Virus record (IMG/VR): IMGVR_UViG_3300029951_000027 | Strand: one strand, 5' to 3' | Origin: a virus | Length of the DNA: 63,689 nt | Shown: in pieces, positions 1-8,870 of the stretch | How the letters are laid out: each line of letters begins with the position of its first letter | How positions within the stretch are numbered: the first letter of the stretch is position 1 | Notes under the pieces: model-generated | What the model saw: only the letters and a program-made list of their open reading frames with translations | What the model was told of the DNA's origin: nothing | Databases searched by the model: none | Translations under genes and position numbers: made by a program

Positions 1-127
1 CGTTCAGGCGTTGTGCCGGCATCAAGCTGTGGTACAGTTGCTGGACAACCAGGAGCAAACATGAGCGGCAATAGCTATCGAAGACGTCTTAAGAAGGCCG
101 AACGCAAGGGCTTTGTGCAAGGCTGGC
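1..127. repeat. Terminal direct repeat copy A, identical to 63563..63689. It indicates a circular-assembly overlap or a short terminal redundancy, and the unique length is 63562 bp.
   Basis: Read directly: bases 1-127 recur verbatim as the last 127 bases of the window. Confidence 0.95.
11..38 (+). promoter_or_regulatory. Candidate sigma70-type promoter TTGTGC-16 nt-TACAGT
   Basis: The hexamers at 11-16 and 33-38 have a 16-nt spacer. They lie about 20 nt upstream of AGGAG (51-55) and the ATG at 61. The site sits in the divergent intergenic region opposite the minus-strand gene 63347..63520. Confidence 0.3.
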
Positions 128-366
128 ACGACGCATGGCTTGCTGGCTGGAAAGCTGGTCATGCCGACGGCTATGCGCAGGGGAAGCCCTTTGCGTTGCC
201 CAACCCTACCGAGTACGCGGCAGCCGTATCGTTCGTGCAAGAGTTTCAGAAAGCCGAAGCTGAGCTCGCTGGCGATACGACCTTCGTGCCGCCGCAGCCG
301 GCTGACTGGATCGTGTGCGCGGTAATCGCGGCACGCCAGTTGAAGGCCCATGACGATCATCTGTAG
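61..366 (+). CDS. hypothetical protein (101 aa)
   Basis: The ATG at 61 is preceded by AGGAG. It is in frame with track ORF 13..366 and is followed by a hairpin terminator. Confidence 0.6.
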   Translation: MSGNSYRRRLKKAERKGFVQGWHDAWLAGWKAGHADGYAQGKPFALPNPTEYAAAVSFVQEFQKAEAELAGDTTFVPPQPADWIVCAVIAARQLKAHDDHL

Positions 367-390
367 ACCACTTGGGTCGACTACTAATGC

Positions 391-415
391 AAGGCCGCCT
401 TCGGGCGGCTTTTTG
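391..415 (+). terminator. Rho-independent terminator
   Basis: The stem GGCCGCC-TTCG-GGCGGC(C) is followed by TTTTT immediately after the stop at 366. Confidence 0.6.
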
Positions 416-519
416 CTGACCACATGCATGCGGCGGGCTGTGCTGGCGCAGCGGTGGCTAGACGATCGTCATGTCGGTCGAGTGGAACCAATGTGCTATG
501 CGGCTACCAGCAGGCTAAT

Positions 520-817
520 CGGCAGATGCCTATGGGTTGTGTACTGTATATAGTAAATTATTATTTTTTTTACAAGTATAGAGAGGCTGATAGCCAGAGA
601 GAGATTGGGGTGTGCACCCCCCTCTCCCTGTATGGGTATCTTAGTATGATATAGGCAACGCACTACTTTCTGCTATTTTCGGCCTGTTTAGTACGCTAAT
701 GCTCGGTTTTACCCATTATATATCCCCGGCCTAGGCCCCTCCCTACCCATTTATCAACATTAGTCTGCTCATTCCCGTGCTAACATAAACACCCACTTCA
801 ATCACTTGGTTCTTATC
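520..817. promoter_or_regulatory. AT-rich intergenic region (candidate early promoter or origin region)
   Basis: This is visibly the most AT-rich stretch of the window (for example tatatagtaaattattatttttttt). It contains TTGTGT (537-542)-16 nt-TATTAT (559-564) and the small palindromes GGCTGATAGCC and GGGGTGTGCACCCC. No protein-like ORF is present. Confidence 0.3.
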
Positions 818-1354
818 ATGCGCACTCGCTTGCCTTTCCACCAACAAATCGGCTGGACCCCCAATTTCACCCCTGAGCAAAATGCGGACAATTCCAACTT
901 CGCATTGCTGCGCCAGCAAGATATGGAACGTAATACGGCACTCGTTGCCGATCAACTGTTCATGTCTGCTCTCCGCAATACGCTGTTGCGCTACCCGTAT
1001 ATTAACTTCGATAATATCATTCAGCTCGCCGGCACCCAGCACGGCCAAGGGCCTTACGACATCTGCGATACGGTGGACAAGATGTTGCACTATTGGCATG
1101 AATCCGAGGCTACTGCTGAACAGGCCACCAAATACACGAACCAATTGCTGCGTGACGCTGTTCAGCAACAAAAGGTAGATAGGGCGTTGTCGTACAAGGA
1201 AACATACGACCAGTACGTGAAGGCGTGCCAGGAACGCCGTGCACGACATCAACAAGCCAAAGTCGATCACGACTACCGCATGCGCGAATCCCAAGCCCAG
1301 TTGATGCGCGAAACGTGCGACCCTGCACCTGTAGCCCCCAGGCGGCCCGCATAG
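818..1354 (+). CDS. hypothetical protein
   Basis: Track ORF 806..1354 with the first ATG at 818. Composition is protein-like and no domain was recognised. Confidence 0.55.
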   Translation: MRTRLPFHQQIGWTPNFTPEQNADNSNFALLRQQDMERNTALVADQLFMSALRNTLLRYPYINFDNIIQLAGTQHGQGPYDICDTVDKMLHYWHESEATAEQATKYTNQLLRDAVQQQKVDRALSYKETYDQYVKACQERRARHQQAKVDHDYRMRESQAQLMRETCDPAPVAPRRPA

Positions 1355-1422
1355 CGTCCCTATTGTGACTTTTGTAGGCTTACGCTTACACTGCACCTCC
1401 CGCGCTCATATCTGGCATCCGT

Positions 1423-1662
1423 ATGTCTACCAATCCTGCGCAAGCTCATTTCGATAGTGTGTACATCACAAGCACCGCCCTCATGCAGGAAGTCGGCGTG
1501 TCGCGCACCGGGTTGCTGTATGCCCGCAAGCAAGGGCTGTTGCCCAATGCCATTGTGGTCAACGACGGCCAGCTCTATATCTGGGAACGCGGGCCGCTGC
1601 AACCGTACATCGACGCGTGGAAGCTGGTGTTGCACCGTCGTCGGAGCGCAGTGCCGGCATGA
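1423..1662 (+). CDS. small helix-turn-helix DNA-binding protein (AlpA/excisionase-type HTH)
   Basis: The 79-aa protein contains ITSTALMQEVGVSRTGLLYARKQGLLP, which reads as an HTH. Its stop overlaps the next start (ATGA at 1659-1662). Confidence 0.5.
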   Translation: MSTNPAQAHFDSVYITSTALMQEVGVSRTGLLYARKQGLLPNAIVVNDGQLYIWERGPLQPYIDAWKLVLHRRRSAVPA

Positions 1663-4040
1663 AACGACCCCCGCAATGGGGCCGGCTACCTGAAGAGTTG
1701 AAGGCGCGGGCGCAATGGTTGCTCGCTACGCCGGATGCACAGGGTGACCTCAAGGTTCCGACAGGATTGGATGCGGCAGGGCGCCCGGTGCGCTGCGATG
1801 CGCACGCGCCTGCCAACTGGCTGTCGTTTGACGTAGCGTGCGGCGCGGCGCTGCACTACGGCCTAGCCATCGGCTATTGCGTGTCTGCGGACGACCCGTT
1901 TGTCTGCATTGACTTGGACGTCAAGAACCAGACCAACTGTGCTGACCCGGCCAAGTGGACGCCTTCGGAGGTGGTGCAGGGCCACGCAATGATCATGGGG
2001 ACGTTCGAGTCCTACACCGAACGCTCGCAGTCGGGCCAGGGCTTGCACATCTGGGTCAAGGCGCCGGGCTTCGGCCAGGGCGTCAAGCGCGAGTTTGTTG
2101 AAGTCTACTGCCAGGAGCGCTTTCTGGTGTGCACGGGCGACATCGTGCTCGACAAGCCTATTCGGGCGGACGAGACGGTGTGCCAGATGGTGCTGGCGCT
2201 GGTTAACCGCATACGCGATGCGCAACAGGACGACAAGATCGAGTTGGTTGAGCTTGATGAAGAGCTCACGGACTCGGATGTCGTTGAGTCGCTTACGGCA
2301 CAGTCGAACGGCGACAAGTATGTCGAACTGTGCAAGGGCGATTGGCAGGGCATGGGCTTTCCCAGTGGGTCCGAAGCCGACCTAGCCCTGCTGTCCATGC
2401 TGTGCTACAAGAGCGCAGCGAACTCACAAGTGCGCCGGTTGTTCCGCATGACCGCGTTGGGCAAGGACACGCGCAAGAACAACAAGATCAACAAGAACGA
2501 CAAGTACATTGACCGCACGTTGAAGATTATCCGTGCGCGCCAGGAACGCGAGCGTGTAGCGAGTGAGCACGGGCAGGCCCAGGCACAGGCGTTGATAGCG
2601 AGCTTGGCGCCTGCTGGTGCCCCGGCTGCGGGGGTTGCTGGGGTAGTACAGGCAATGGGGCACGCTGCGCAGGCAGGGCAGTCCGAAGCGGGGGCCGTTG
2701 CGCTCGATTGGCCGCCCGGACTTATGGGTCAACTGGCACAGTTCATTTACCACAGCAGCCCGCGCCCTGTGCGTGAGGTGTCCATCGTGGCCGCTATCGG
2801 CCTGCTGGCTGGGATTCTGGGGCGCGCATACAACATCCCCGGTTCTGGCCTTAATATGTACGTCGTCTTGGTGGCCCGTAGTGCGGTGGGCAAGGAAGCC
2901 ATGCACAGCGGGGTGAGCAAGATCATTGCGCAGTTGTCGCAGATGGGGCAACCAAAAGTCCAAGACTTCGTAGACTTTAGCAAGTTCGTCAGCGGCCCAG
3001 CGCTCACTAAGGCTGTGGCAATGAAAACGTCGTTCGTTAACGTAAGCGGTGAATGGGGTAAGACGCTGGCGGCCATGGCTGGCGACGAGAACAAAACGAG
3101 TGGGCCGTTGTCGTCGTTGCGTACAGTGATGACTGACCTATACCAGAAGTCTGCGTTCGGCTCAATCGTCGGCGGCATGGCGTATAGCGATAAGGAAAAG
3201 AACGTCGCGAGTGTGAACGGTGTGGCCTATAGCATGATTGGCGAGACCACACCCAGCACGTTCTACGAGTCATTGACCGAAAGCATGATGGCTGACGGGT
3301 TCTTGTCGCGCTTCCTGATCGTTGAGTACGATGGGGACCGGCCACCCATCAACTACAACCCAGTCAACTTTATGTCGGTCGACGTCGCTAATCACTTGGC
3401 AACGCTAGTCGGAGCCGCAGTTGACCGGTCGCACGGGTGCCAGTTACTCAGCGCCGCCGATGCGGCGGTTGAAGCCATGCACGCATTCAACCTCGAGTGC
3501 GACATGCAGATCAACAGCACGCGCACCAACGAGCCGCATCGACAGATGTGGAACCGGGCGCACCTGAAGATGATGCGACTGGCTGCACTGGTTGCAATTC
3601 CGGACAACCCTGCGTTTCCTAGAATTGAAATACACCATGTGCAATGGGCTTTGCAAGCCATCCGCAACGACATTGCCATCATGACGCGGCGCCTTAACGA
3701 AGGCGATGTCGGCATCAGTGACCACAGCCGCGAACAGAAGCTCCAAACGTACTTCAGTGACTACCTCACTCAAGAAGTCCCCGACAGCTACAACGTCCCC
3801 AAGGCGCTGAAAGCGAACGGCATCATCCCGCGCAAGTACCTCCAGATCCGGAGCCAGAAGACGCCTTCGTTTGTGCAGCATCCGCTAGGCGCCATCCGCG
3901 CACTTGACGAAGCGCTGCGCAACATGGTCGACAGTGGGTACCTGGGGGAGATCAGCAAGGACAAGCTTGCGTCCGAATACGGGTTTAGCGGCAAGGCGTA
4001 CCGCATACTTGAACTTTCAAAGGCGTACAGGAAGCATTGA
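1659..4040 (+). CDS. bifunctional primase-polymerase (AEP) / DUF3987-D5-type helicase
   Basis: AEP motifs CIDLDV and SGQGLHIWV are present, with a PriCT-like segment GFPSGSEADLALLSMLCYKS and a large C-terminal helicase-like domain. The start was set at ATG 1659 (ATGA coupling) rather than 1617. Confidence 0.8.
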   Translation: MKRPPQWGRLPEELKARAQWLLATPDAQGDLKVPTGLDAAGRPVRCDAHAPANWLSFDVACGAALHYGLAIGYCVSADDPFVCIDLDVKNQTNCADPAKWTPSEVVQGHAMIMGTFESYTERSQSGQGLHIWVKAPGFGQGVKREFVEVYCQERFLVCTGDIVLDKPIRADETVCQMVLALVNRIRDAQQDDKIELVELDEELTDSDVVESLTAQSNGDKYVELCKGDWQGMGFPSGSEADLALLSMLCYKSAANSQVRRLFRMTALGKDTRKNNKINKNDKYIDRTLKIIRARQERERVASEHGQAQAQALIASLAPAGAPAAGVAGVVQAMGHAAQAGQSEAGAVALDWPPGLMGQLAQFIYHSSPRPVREVSIVAAIGLLAGILGRAYNIPGSGLNMYVVLVARSAVGKEAMHSGVSKIIAQLSQMGQPKVQDFVDFSKFVSGPALTKAVAMKTSFVNVSGEWGKTLAAMAGDENKTSGPLSSLRTVMTDLYQKSAFGSIVGGMAYSDKEKNVASVNGVAYSMIGETTPSTFYESLTESMMADGFLSRFLIVEYDGDRPPINYNPVNFMSVDVANHLATLVGAAVDRSHGCQLLSAADAAVEAMHAFNLECDMQINSTRTNEPHRQMWNRAHLKMMRLAALVAIPDNPAFPRIEIHHVQWALQAIRNDIAIMTRRLNEGDVGISDHSREQKLQTYFSDYLTQEVPDSYNVPKALKANGIIPRKYLQIRSQKTPSFVQHPLGAIRALDEALRNMVDSGYLGEISKDKLASEYGFSGKAYRILELSKAYRKH

Positions 4041-4092
4041 CTCGGTGTGGCTGTTAAGTTAACCTAACGGCTACACCACACAGGAGCACCCG

Positions 4093-4632
4093 GTGAGCAA
4101 TACGGAGAATCAGATGGTTGACATCCCTCGGCAACCCCCGGCCACGCTGGAAGACTTGAAGCGGTGGCAAGCCCTCAAGGTGGAGATCGCGCGGCTGACG
4201 CCCACGGCTCTCATCCTTCAGGAGAAGGAACTGCGTGCACGGTTGGTCGCGTCGTTCTTCCCCACCCCCAAGGAAGGCACCAACAAGTTCCCGCTCAACA
4301 ATGGGTGGCAGCTCAAGTTCACCAACACCATCAAGCGTGAAGTGGACTACGGCATGTTCCAGGCCATGGCCGACAAGTTCCGCGAGGCCGGCATTGGCGC
4401 CGCAGCGTGCATCCGCCAGAAGTGGGAGCTCGAGAAGAAGGTGTACAACACCCTGACGGCCGAACAGCAACAGGTCTTCGACCAGTGCCTGACCATCAAG
4501 CCCGAGTCGCCGCAGCTGGAAATCGAACTTCCGGCCGCCGAAAAGAAGAAGCAAGAAGCGATCGCTTCGCTGGCCGCCGCGCAGGCGACGGGTGTGGTCA
4601 ACAACCCGCCCGTGCCGGGGATCCAGCTGTGA
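4093..4632 (+). CDS. hypothetical protein
   Basis: The 179-aa ORF has a GTG start with AGGAG about 6 nt upstream. Confidence 0.6.
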   Translation: MSNTENQMVDIPRQPPATLEDLKRWQALKVEIARLTPTALILQEKELRARLVASFFPTPKEGTNKFPLNNGWQLKFTNTIKREVDYGMFQAMADKFREAGIGAAACIRQKWELEKKVYNTLTAEQQQVFDQCLTIKPESPQLEIELPAAEKKKQEAIASLAAAQATGVVNNPPVPGIQL

Positions 4633-4835
4633 GTATCGAAGTCACCCATCTGGACCCCAAGTCCAACCCTGCCGGCCAGCACGCGGTCCTGATCGCCGTG
4701 ACGGGTGCCGAAGACATCGCACGCGTCAAGCGCGTGTTCGACCGTTCCCTCAACTGCGATCCGGAAGCCGGCAGCGATCTGTTCGATGCCTGCGACACGC
4801 TGGAACGCATTGCGCTCGAAGCGCAAGGAGCCTGA
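4629..4835 (+). CDS. hypothetical protein (68 aa)
   Basis: The GTG at 4629 overlaps the upstream stop (GTGA). It is in frame with the tail of track ORF 4407..4835 (VSIEVTHLDPKSNPAG...). Confidence 0.45.
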   Translation: MSIEVTHLDPKSNPAGQHAVLIAVTGAEDIARVKRVFDRSLNCDPEAGSDLFDACDTLERIALEAQGA

Positions 4836-4836
4836 C

Positions 4837-5310
4837 ATGTTCGGATGGATCAAGCGGCTGTTCAGCAAGCGCAAGTCGCCCGTCGAAGCGTTCGTGGACA
4901 GCCTGTCGCAGCCGCCCAAAGCCAATCCGTGGCGCGGCCAGATGCCCAAGCCGCTTGTGATGGCACCGACTGGGCTTTACCAACCTGATCCGAGTTGGAA
5001 AGACCCGGCGCCGCGCGCCGAAGAAGCCCAGCCGCGCCGGCTGGTGCCCAACATGCAGCCAGGGCGCACGGGCCGGCGTGTGGCAGACGACCGTCGCACT
5101 ACCTTCAGCCCGGCCCCGTACAACCCGCTGACGGACATCGAGTCGCCTCTCAATCCCATTAGCCCGCTGTACGCCGCATTGGAACAAAGCTATGCACCGC
5201 CTGCCCCCGCCGCCTCCGACTACTGCGCCGCACCGCCGCCCGACACCAGTTCCGGCATCGACTTTGGCTCCAGTAGTGGTGGCTGTGACACCAGTGGCGG
5301 AGGGTGGTGA
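4837..5310 (+). CDS. hypothetical Pro-rich protein (157 aa)
   Basis: The ATG at 4837 lies 1 nt after the upstream stop, with GGAG upstream. It is the in-frame part of track ORF 4705..5310. Confidence 0.5.
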   Translation: MFGWIKRLFSKRKSPVEAFVDSLSQPPKANPWRGQMPKPLVMAPTGLYQPDPSWKDPAPRAEEAQPRRLVPNMQPGRTGRRVADDRRTTFSPAPYNPLTDIESPLNPISPLYAALEQSYAPPAPAASDYCAAPPPDTSSGIDFGSSSGGCDTSGGGW

Positions 5311-5311
5311 G

Positions 5312-5521
5312 ATGGGCAGCAATCGTCTTGGATTCCTTCTCGCTGCCGTACTGTGCCGGGCAGTCGATTATTATCATCTGTCGCGTGAGGTTGCAGAAGA
5401 CCTTGCCGAAGGCATGGGCGGCACGCAACTGGACCACGCACAAGGCTACCTTCGCTTGCGTGAACACGAACTCGGCAAAGCCATCGGCGCCGCTGTTGAA
5501 GAACTCAAGGAACTCAAGTGA
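5312..5521 (+). CDS. hypothetical protein (69 aa)
   Basis: The ATG at 5312 lies 1 nt after the upstream stop. It is the in-frame part of track ORF 5192..5521. Confidence 0.45.
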   Translation: MGSNRLGFLLAAVLCRAVDYYHLSREVAEDLAEGMGGTQLDHAQGYLRLREHELGKAIGAAVEELKELK

Positions 5522-6279
5522 TCCACGCCAACCCTAACCAGATCGCCGTCCTAGACCACGGTTTCGTCAAGCTGCGCAACCTCGCCGGGCCGACGCGGCG
5601 TCACTGGGACATCAATATTGCAAGCCTTGACCAGCGTCCAATGCTTCGCCCCTTCGACGCTGACGACACCGACGTCGCCAACGCGGCTCGCCTGTCGTTC
5701 GAAGGCCAGGACCAGGAGCGCGGCTACGACGCCGAGATGAAGCTGACGCGCTACCTCGCGCAGCACCACCACGACACGCCGTTCGAGATCATCGAAGTGT
5801 GGCTCGAGATGAAGCTGCCGATCTTCGTGGCCCGCCAGTTCGTGCGCCAGCGCACCCAGACGATCAACGAGGCCAGCGGCCGGTACATCACGCTTCCTGA
5901 GCAGTGGTACATCCCGGCCGTCGTGGGCGGCAAGGCACCAAACGCCAAGCAAGGCCAGGAAGACAACCTGGACGAAGTCACGCAGGGCTGGTTCCGCCAA
6001 GAGCTCAACATGGACTGCGAGAACGGGTATGCGCTGTACAAGATGGCGTTGGCTCGCGGCGTGGCACCGGAGCATGCCCGCATGTTCCTTCACGTCAACC
6101 ACTACACGCACTGGATGATGAAGATGAACCTACGGAACCTGATGTTCAGTTTCCTGCGGCTTCGTTACCACAGCCACGCCCAGGTGGAAGCGCAAGCGTA
6201 CGCCAAAGGCACGTTCGAGCTCATCGAACCGCACCTGCCGGGCCTGATGAAGATCTACCAGGAATTTATCGCGCAATGA
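5518..6279 (+). CDS. thyX: flavin-dependent thymidylate synthase ThyX-like
   Basis: The ThyX layout is present: LDHGFVKL, DVANAARLSF, TPFE, and a signature region RQFVRQRTQTINEASGRY that deviates from the canonical RHRxxSxNExSxRY. The GTG start overlaps the upstream stop. Confidence 0.75.
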   Translation: MIHANPNQIAVLDHGFVKLRNLAGPTRRHWDINIASLDQRPMLRPFDADDTDVANAARLSFEGQDQERGYDAEMKLTRYLAQHHHDTPFEIIEVWLEMKLPIFVARQFVRQRTQTINEASGRYITLPEQWYIPAVVGGKAPNAKQGQEDNLDEVTQGWFRQELNMDCENGYALYKMALARGVAPEHARMFLHVNHYTHWMMKMNLRNLMFSFLRLRYHSHAQVEAQAYAKGTFELIEPHLPGLMKIYQEFIAQ

Positions 6280-6386
6280 CAGCCAAGATATCAGCAGTCG
6301 TCTACGTGACGACGAGCGTCATCCTTTTCAGCACCGGCCACTGGATCGGCGGTTCGGTTATGCTGGTTCTCTTTCTACTGATGTAA
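6276..6386 (+). CDS. small hydrophobic peptide (36 aa)
   Basis: An ATGA overlap links it to the thyX stop. The sequence MTAKISAVVYVTTSVILFSTGHWIGGSVMLVLFLLM is below the ORF-track cutoff as a separate gene. Confidence 0.35.
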   Translation: MTAKISAVVYVTTSVILFSTGHWIGGSVMLVLFLLM

Positions 6387-6389
6387 AGC

Positions 6390-6800
6390 ATGGAACCAGA
6401 CGACATCCGCAACGTTGCCCCCGAAGAGCTGGCGCGCCGCAACGCGGCAGCCCAGGCGGTCATCGCTAAGTCGAAGGCGATGTTCGAGCGCATGCAGCGT
6501 GCCCGCGCGCCGCTGCCTACAGGGCTCAGTGATGCCCGCACGCTGGCCCTGCTGCACGGTGGCATGCGAGAACGCGTGGCAACGTCCACGTTCAGAGGGC
6601 GGCAGGCGCCGTCGCATCTGTACATGCTGCCGTGCTTTGCTGAGCGGGTGCCACTGAACGATATGCAGGCTGCGGCGCTCATCACTTTCCTCAACCGTGG
6701 CCGCATGGCGCGCGCCGGCCAGCTCGCGCCGCGATCGGTGCAGCAACAGGCGTTCGACGACGCAGCGGCAAGCCAGGAGGCCAGTAATGAGCCCATTTGA
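6390..6800 (+). CDS. hypothetical protein
   Basis: 136-aa ORF with an ATG start. Confidence 0.55.
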   Translation: MEPDDIRNVAPEELARRNAAAQAVIAKSKAMFERMQRARAPLPTGLSDARTLALLHGGMRERVATSTFRGRQAPSHLYMLPCFAERVPLNDMQAAALITFLNRGRMARAGQLAPRSVQQQAFDDAAASQEASNEPI

Positions 6801-7728
6801 ACAGGCGTTCTTCGACAGGCAGAAGCCCATGCTCGCCTGTGACTGGGACGCGAAGAAGCTCTGTTTTCCGCAGTGGGTGCAGCCGAAGATCGACGGCGTC
6901 CGTGCCCTCAACTTCAAGGGTGTGCTGACGGGCCGTTCGTTCAAGCGGCACAAGAACAAGTTCACTACGGGGTTCTTCACGCACGACCTCACGCTGGGCA
7001 TGGACGGCGAACTGGCAAGCTGGTCAGAGACCGCTCCGGACCTGTGCCGGCGCACAACCAGCGCGGTCGGTACCATCGAAGGCGAGCCCTACTCGCTGTG
7101 GTGGCTGTTCGATTTCATTCAACTGGATGGCGCAGAACTGTCCTACTGCGAACGGTACGCGCGGCTGCAAGACCGGATGGCGACGCTGCAAGTGAACGAA
7201 CCGTTGCTGTGGTCACGTTTGCGGCTGGTGCCGTACAAGGTGGCATATAACGTCGACGACATCGAAGCTATTGACGCGCAATACCTCGAGCTAGGATACG
7301 AAGGATCTATCCTTCGCAATCCTTACGCCCAGTACAAGTCTGGTCGATGCACGCCGACCGAGTCCAACCTGTCGCGTATCAAGCGGTTTAGCGAGGAAGA
7401 GGCTACGGTGACCGCGCTGGTCGAAGGCAACATGAACGGCAATCCGGCTACGGTCAATGAGCTGGGGCAGACCGAACGCAGCTCGCACCAGGACAACATG
7501 ATTCCGAACGGCCAAGTCGGTGCGCTGCTGTGCAAGGACTTGAAGACGGGACAGGACATCACGGTGGCTGCCGGCTGCATGACCCATGCCGAGCGGCTAC
7601 ACTACTTGGCTCACCCCGGCGAGATTGTCGGCAAGGTAATCAAGTTTAAGACATTCGCCCACGGCAAGAAGGACAAGCCGCGCTTCCCCACGTTCCAAAG
7701 CCTGCGGGCAGAGAGCGACATGTCATGA
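6787..7728 (+). CDS. lig: ATP-dependent DNA ligase
   Basis: Motif I is QPKIDGVR (KxDG), with EGSILR and LLCKDL downstream. The start was set at ATG 6787. Confidence 0.8.
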   Translation: MSPFEQAFFDRQKPMLACDWDAKKLCFPQWVQPKIDGVRALNFKGVLTGRSFKRHKNKFTTGFFTHDLTLGMDGELASWSETAPDLCRRTTSAVGTIEGEPYSLWWLFDFIQLDGAELSYCERYARLQDRMATLQVNEPLLWSRLRLVPYKVAYNVDDIEAIDAQYLELGYEGSILRNPYAQYKSGRCTPTESNLSRIKRFSEEEATVTALVEGNMNGNPATVNELGQTERSSHQDNMIPNGQVGALLCKDLKTGQDITVAAGCMTHAERLHYLAHPGEIVGKVIKFKTFAHGKKDKPRFPTFQSLRAESDMS

Positions 7729-7973
7729 AAGCGATTCTGACCGCCACCCGCCGCCCCATGCTTGCGGGTACCATGACCCGGCAAGAGCTGGTGCGCGAAG
7801 CTGAGCATGCGTTTCCATATCCTTCACCCATCGTGCAGCGCATGATCGAGGAGCTGCGGGGTGAAATGACTCCCCTCAAAGGCAACAAGGCAATGCCCAT
7901 CATCGAGCACGTTCACGGCGAAGGCCAGTGCCCCGCGTGCGGCGCCCATCTCAACATCGATCTGCAAGGCTGA
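7725..7973 (+). CDS. hypothetical protein with C-terminal CPAC motif
   Basis: The 82-aa ORF has an ATGA overlap with the ligase stop. Confidence 0.55.
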   Translation: MKAILTATRRPMLAGTMTRQELVREAEHAFPYPSPIVQRMIEELRGEMTPLKGNKAMPIIEHVHGEGQCPACGAHLNIDLQG

Positions 7974-7977
7974 CCAC

Positions 7978-8811
7978 ATGAGCTTCCTTCAGCAAGTCAC
8001 AAGGGGTCCTTCCCGTGCCGGTATTCGCGTCGTCGTTGCGGGTCTCGAAAAGATGGGCAAGTCGACGTTCTGCGCCGGTGCGCCGGGTGTTCTGTTGGTA
8101 CCGTTGGAAGTCGGCTACGCAGGTCTTACCTGTGACAAGACCCCGATGATCCAGACGTACGAAGACTTCATGCTGTTTCTGCAGGAAGTGACGACCATGG
8201 CCCAGCGCGGCCAGTTCGCATACCGTACCATCGCCTTTGACAGCGCCACGGCCCTCGAGCGCATGATTCACGACTACGTGCTGCGCATCGACACGGCCAA
8301 GACCAAGACGAGCACGATGGAAAGCGCTCACGGTGGCTACGGCAAGGCGTACACGCTGTCGAACACGATTTTCGACACGGTACTGAAGACACTTGACCAA
8401 CTAGCAGTCTACGCTGGCATCAACACCGTCTTCACCTGCCACGTCTTCTCGAACAAGGTGTCTGATCCGACGGCCGGCGAGTATGACAGCTGGGACCTGC
8501 TGTTGCACAGCCCGAAGAATAGCAAGACGTACGGCAAGAGGGAACTGATGACGCAGTGGGCTGATGTGATTGGCTTCCTGTACGAACCCGTCTTTCTGAT
8601 CAGCAGCGATGACAAGAAGGGCATGACTCGTGCCACTTCGCAAAACAAGGGTCGTATGCTGGCCCTGTCCCGTACGCCGTCGTACACGGCGGGCAATCGC
8701 TTCGGCATCATGGGCGAGGTGGCATTGCCGACCCCGCCCAACAATGCCTGGAACGCGTTTGCGCACGCCTTGTACACGACGTGCGGAATCGATCTGTACA
8801 CGCGCACTTGA
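7978..8811 (+). CDS. AAA_24 / Sak4-like RecA-fold ATPase
   Basis: A Walker A motif GLEKMGKST lies near the N-terminus. Its position directly upstream of a DUF669-type gene is the usual pairing. Confidence 0.7.
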   Translation: MSFLQQVTRGPSRAGIRVVVAGLEKMGKSTFCAGAPGVLLVPLEVGYAGLTCDKTPMIQTYEDFMLFLQEVTTMAQRGQFAYRTIAFDSATALERMIHDYVLRIDTAKTKTSTMESAHGGYGKAYTLSNTIFDTVLKTLDQLAVYAGINTVFTCHVFSNKVSDPTAGEYDSWDLLLHSPKNSKTYGKRELMTQWADVIGFLYEPVFLISSDDKKGMTRATSQNKGRMLALSRTPSYTAGNRFGIMGEVALPTPPNNAWNAFAHALYTTCGIDLYTRT

Positions 8812-8870
8812 ATCAAAATGCGGTAAGTCATGGGCACCGCTCTTAAGCCCTAGAAAAAGGAGAATGCCCC

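Noticed and set aside
1617-1658. N-terminal extension of the primase ORF given in the track (start at 1617). Similar upstream extensions occur for 13..366, 4705..5310, 5192..5521, 6697..7728, 10003..10668, 13790..14776, 16376..17170, 18971..19600, 52289..52825, 53563..53865 and others.
   Set aside because: The extensions overlap the preceding gene and have shadow-like composition. Each has an internal ATG or GTG with an RBS or a stop-start overlap (ATGA/GTGA/TAATG) that fits operon coupling better.
1423-1662. Lysogeny module (excisionase/repressor), suggested by the small HTH protein
   Set aside because: It is a single HTH protein next to the primase, with no integrase, CI-like repressor or partition genes anywhere. 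The arrangement resembles AlpA-type regulators coupled to primases and is insufficient to infer a temperate lifestyle.
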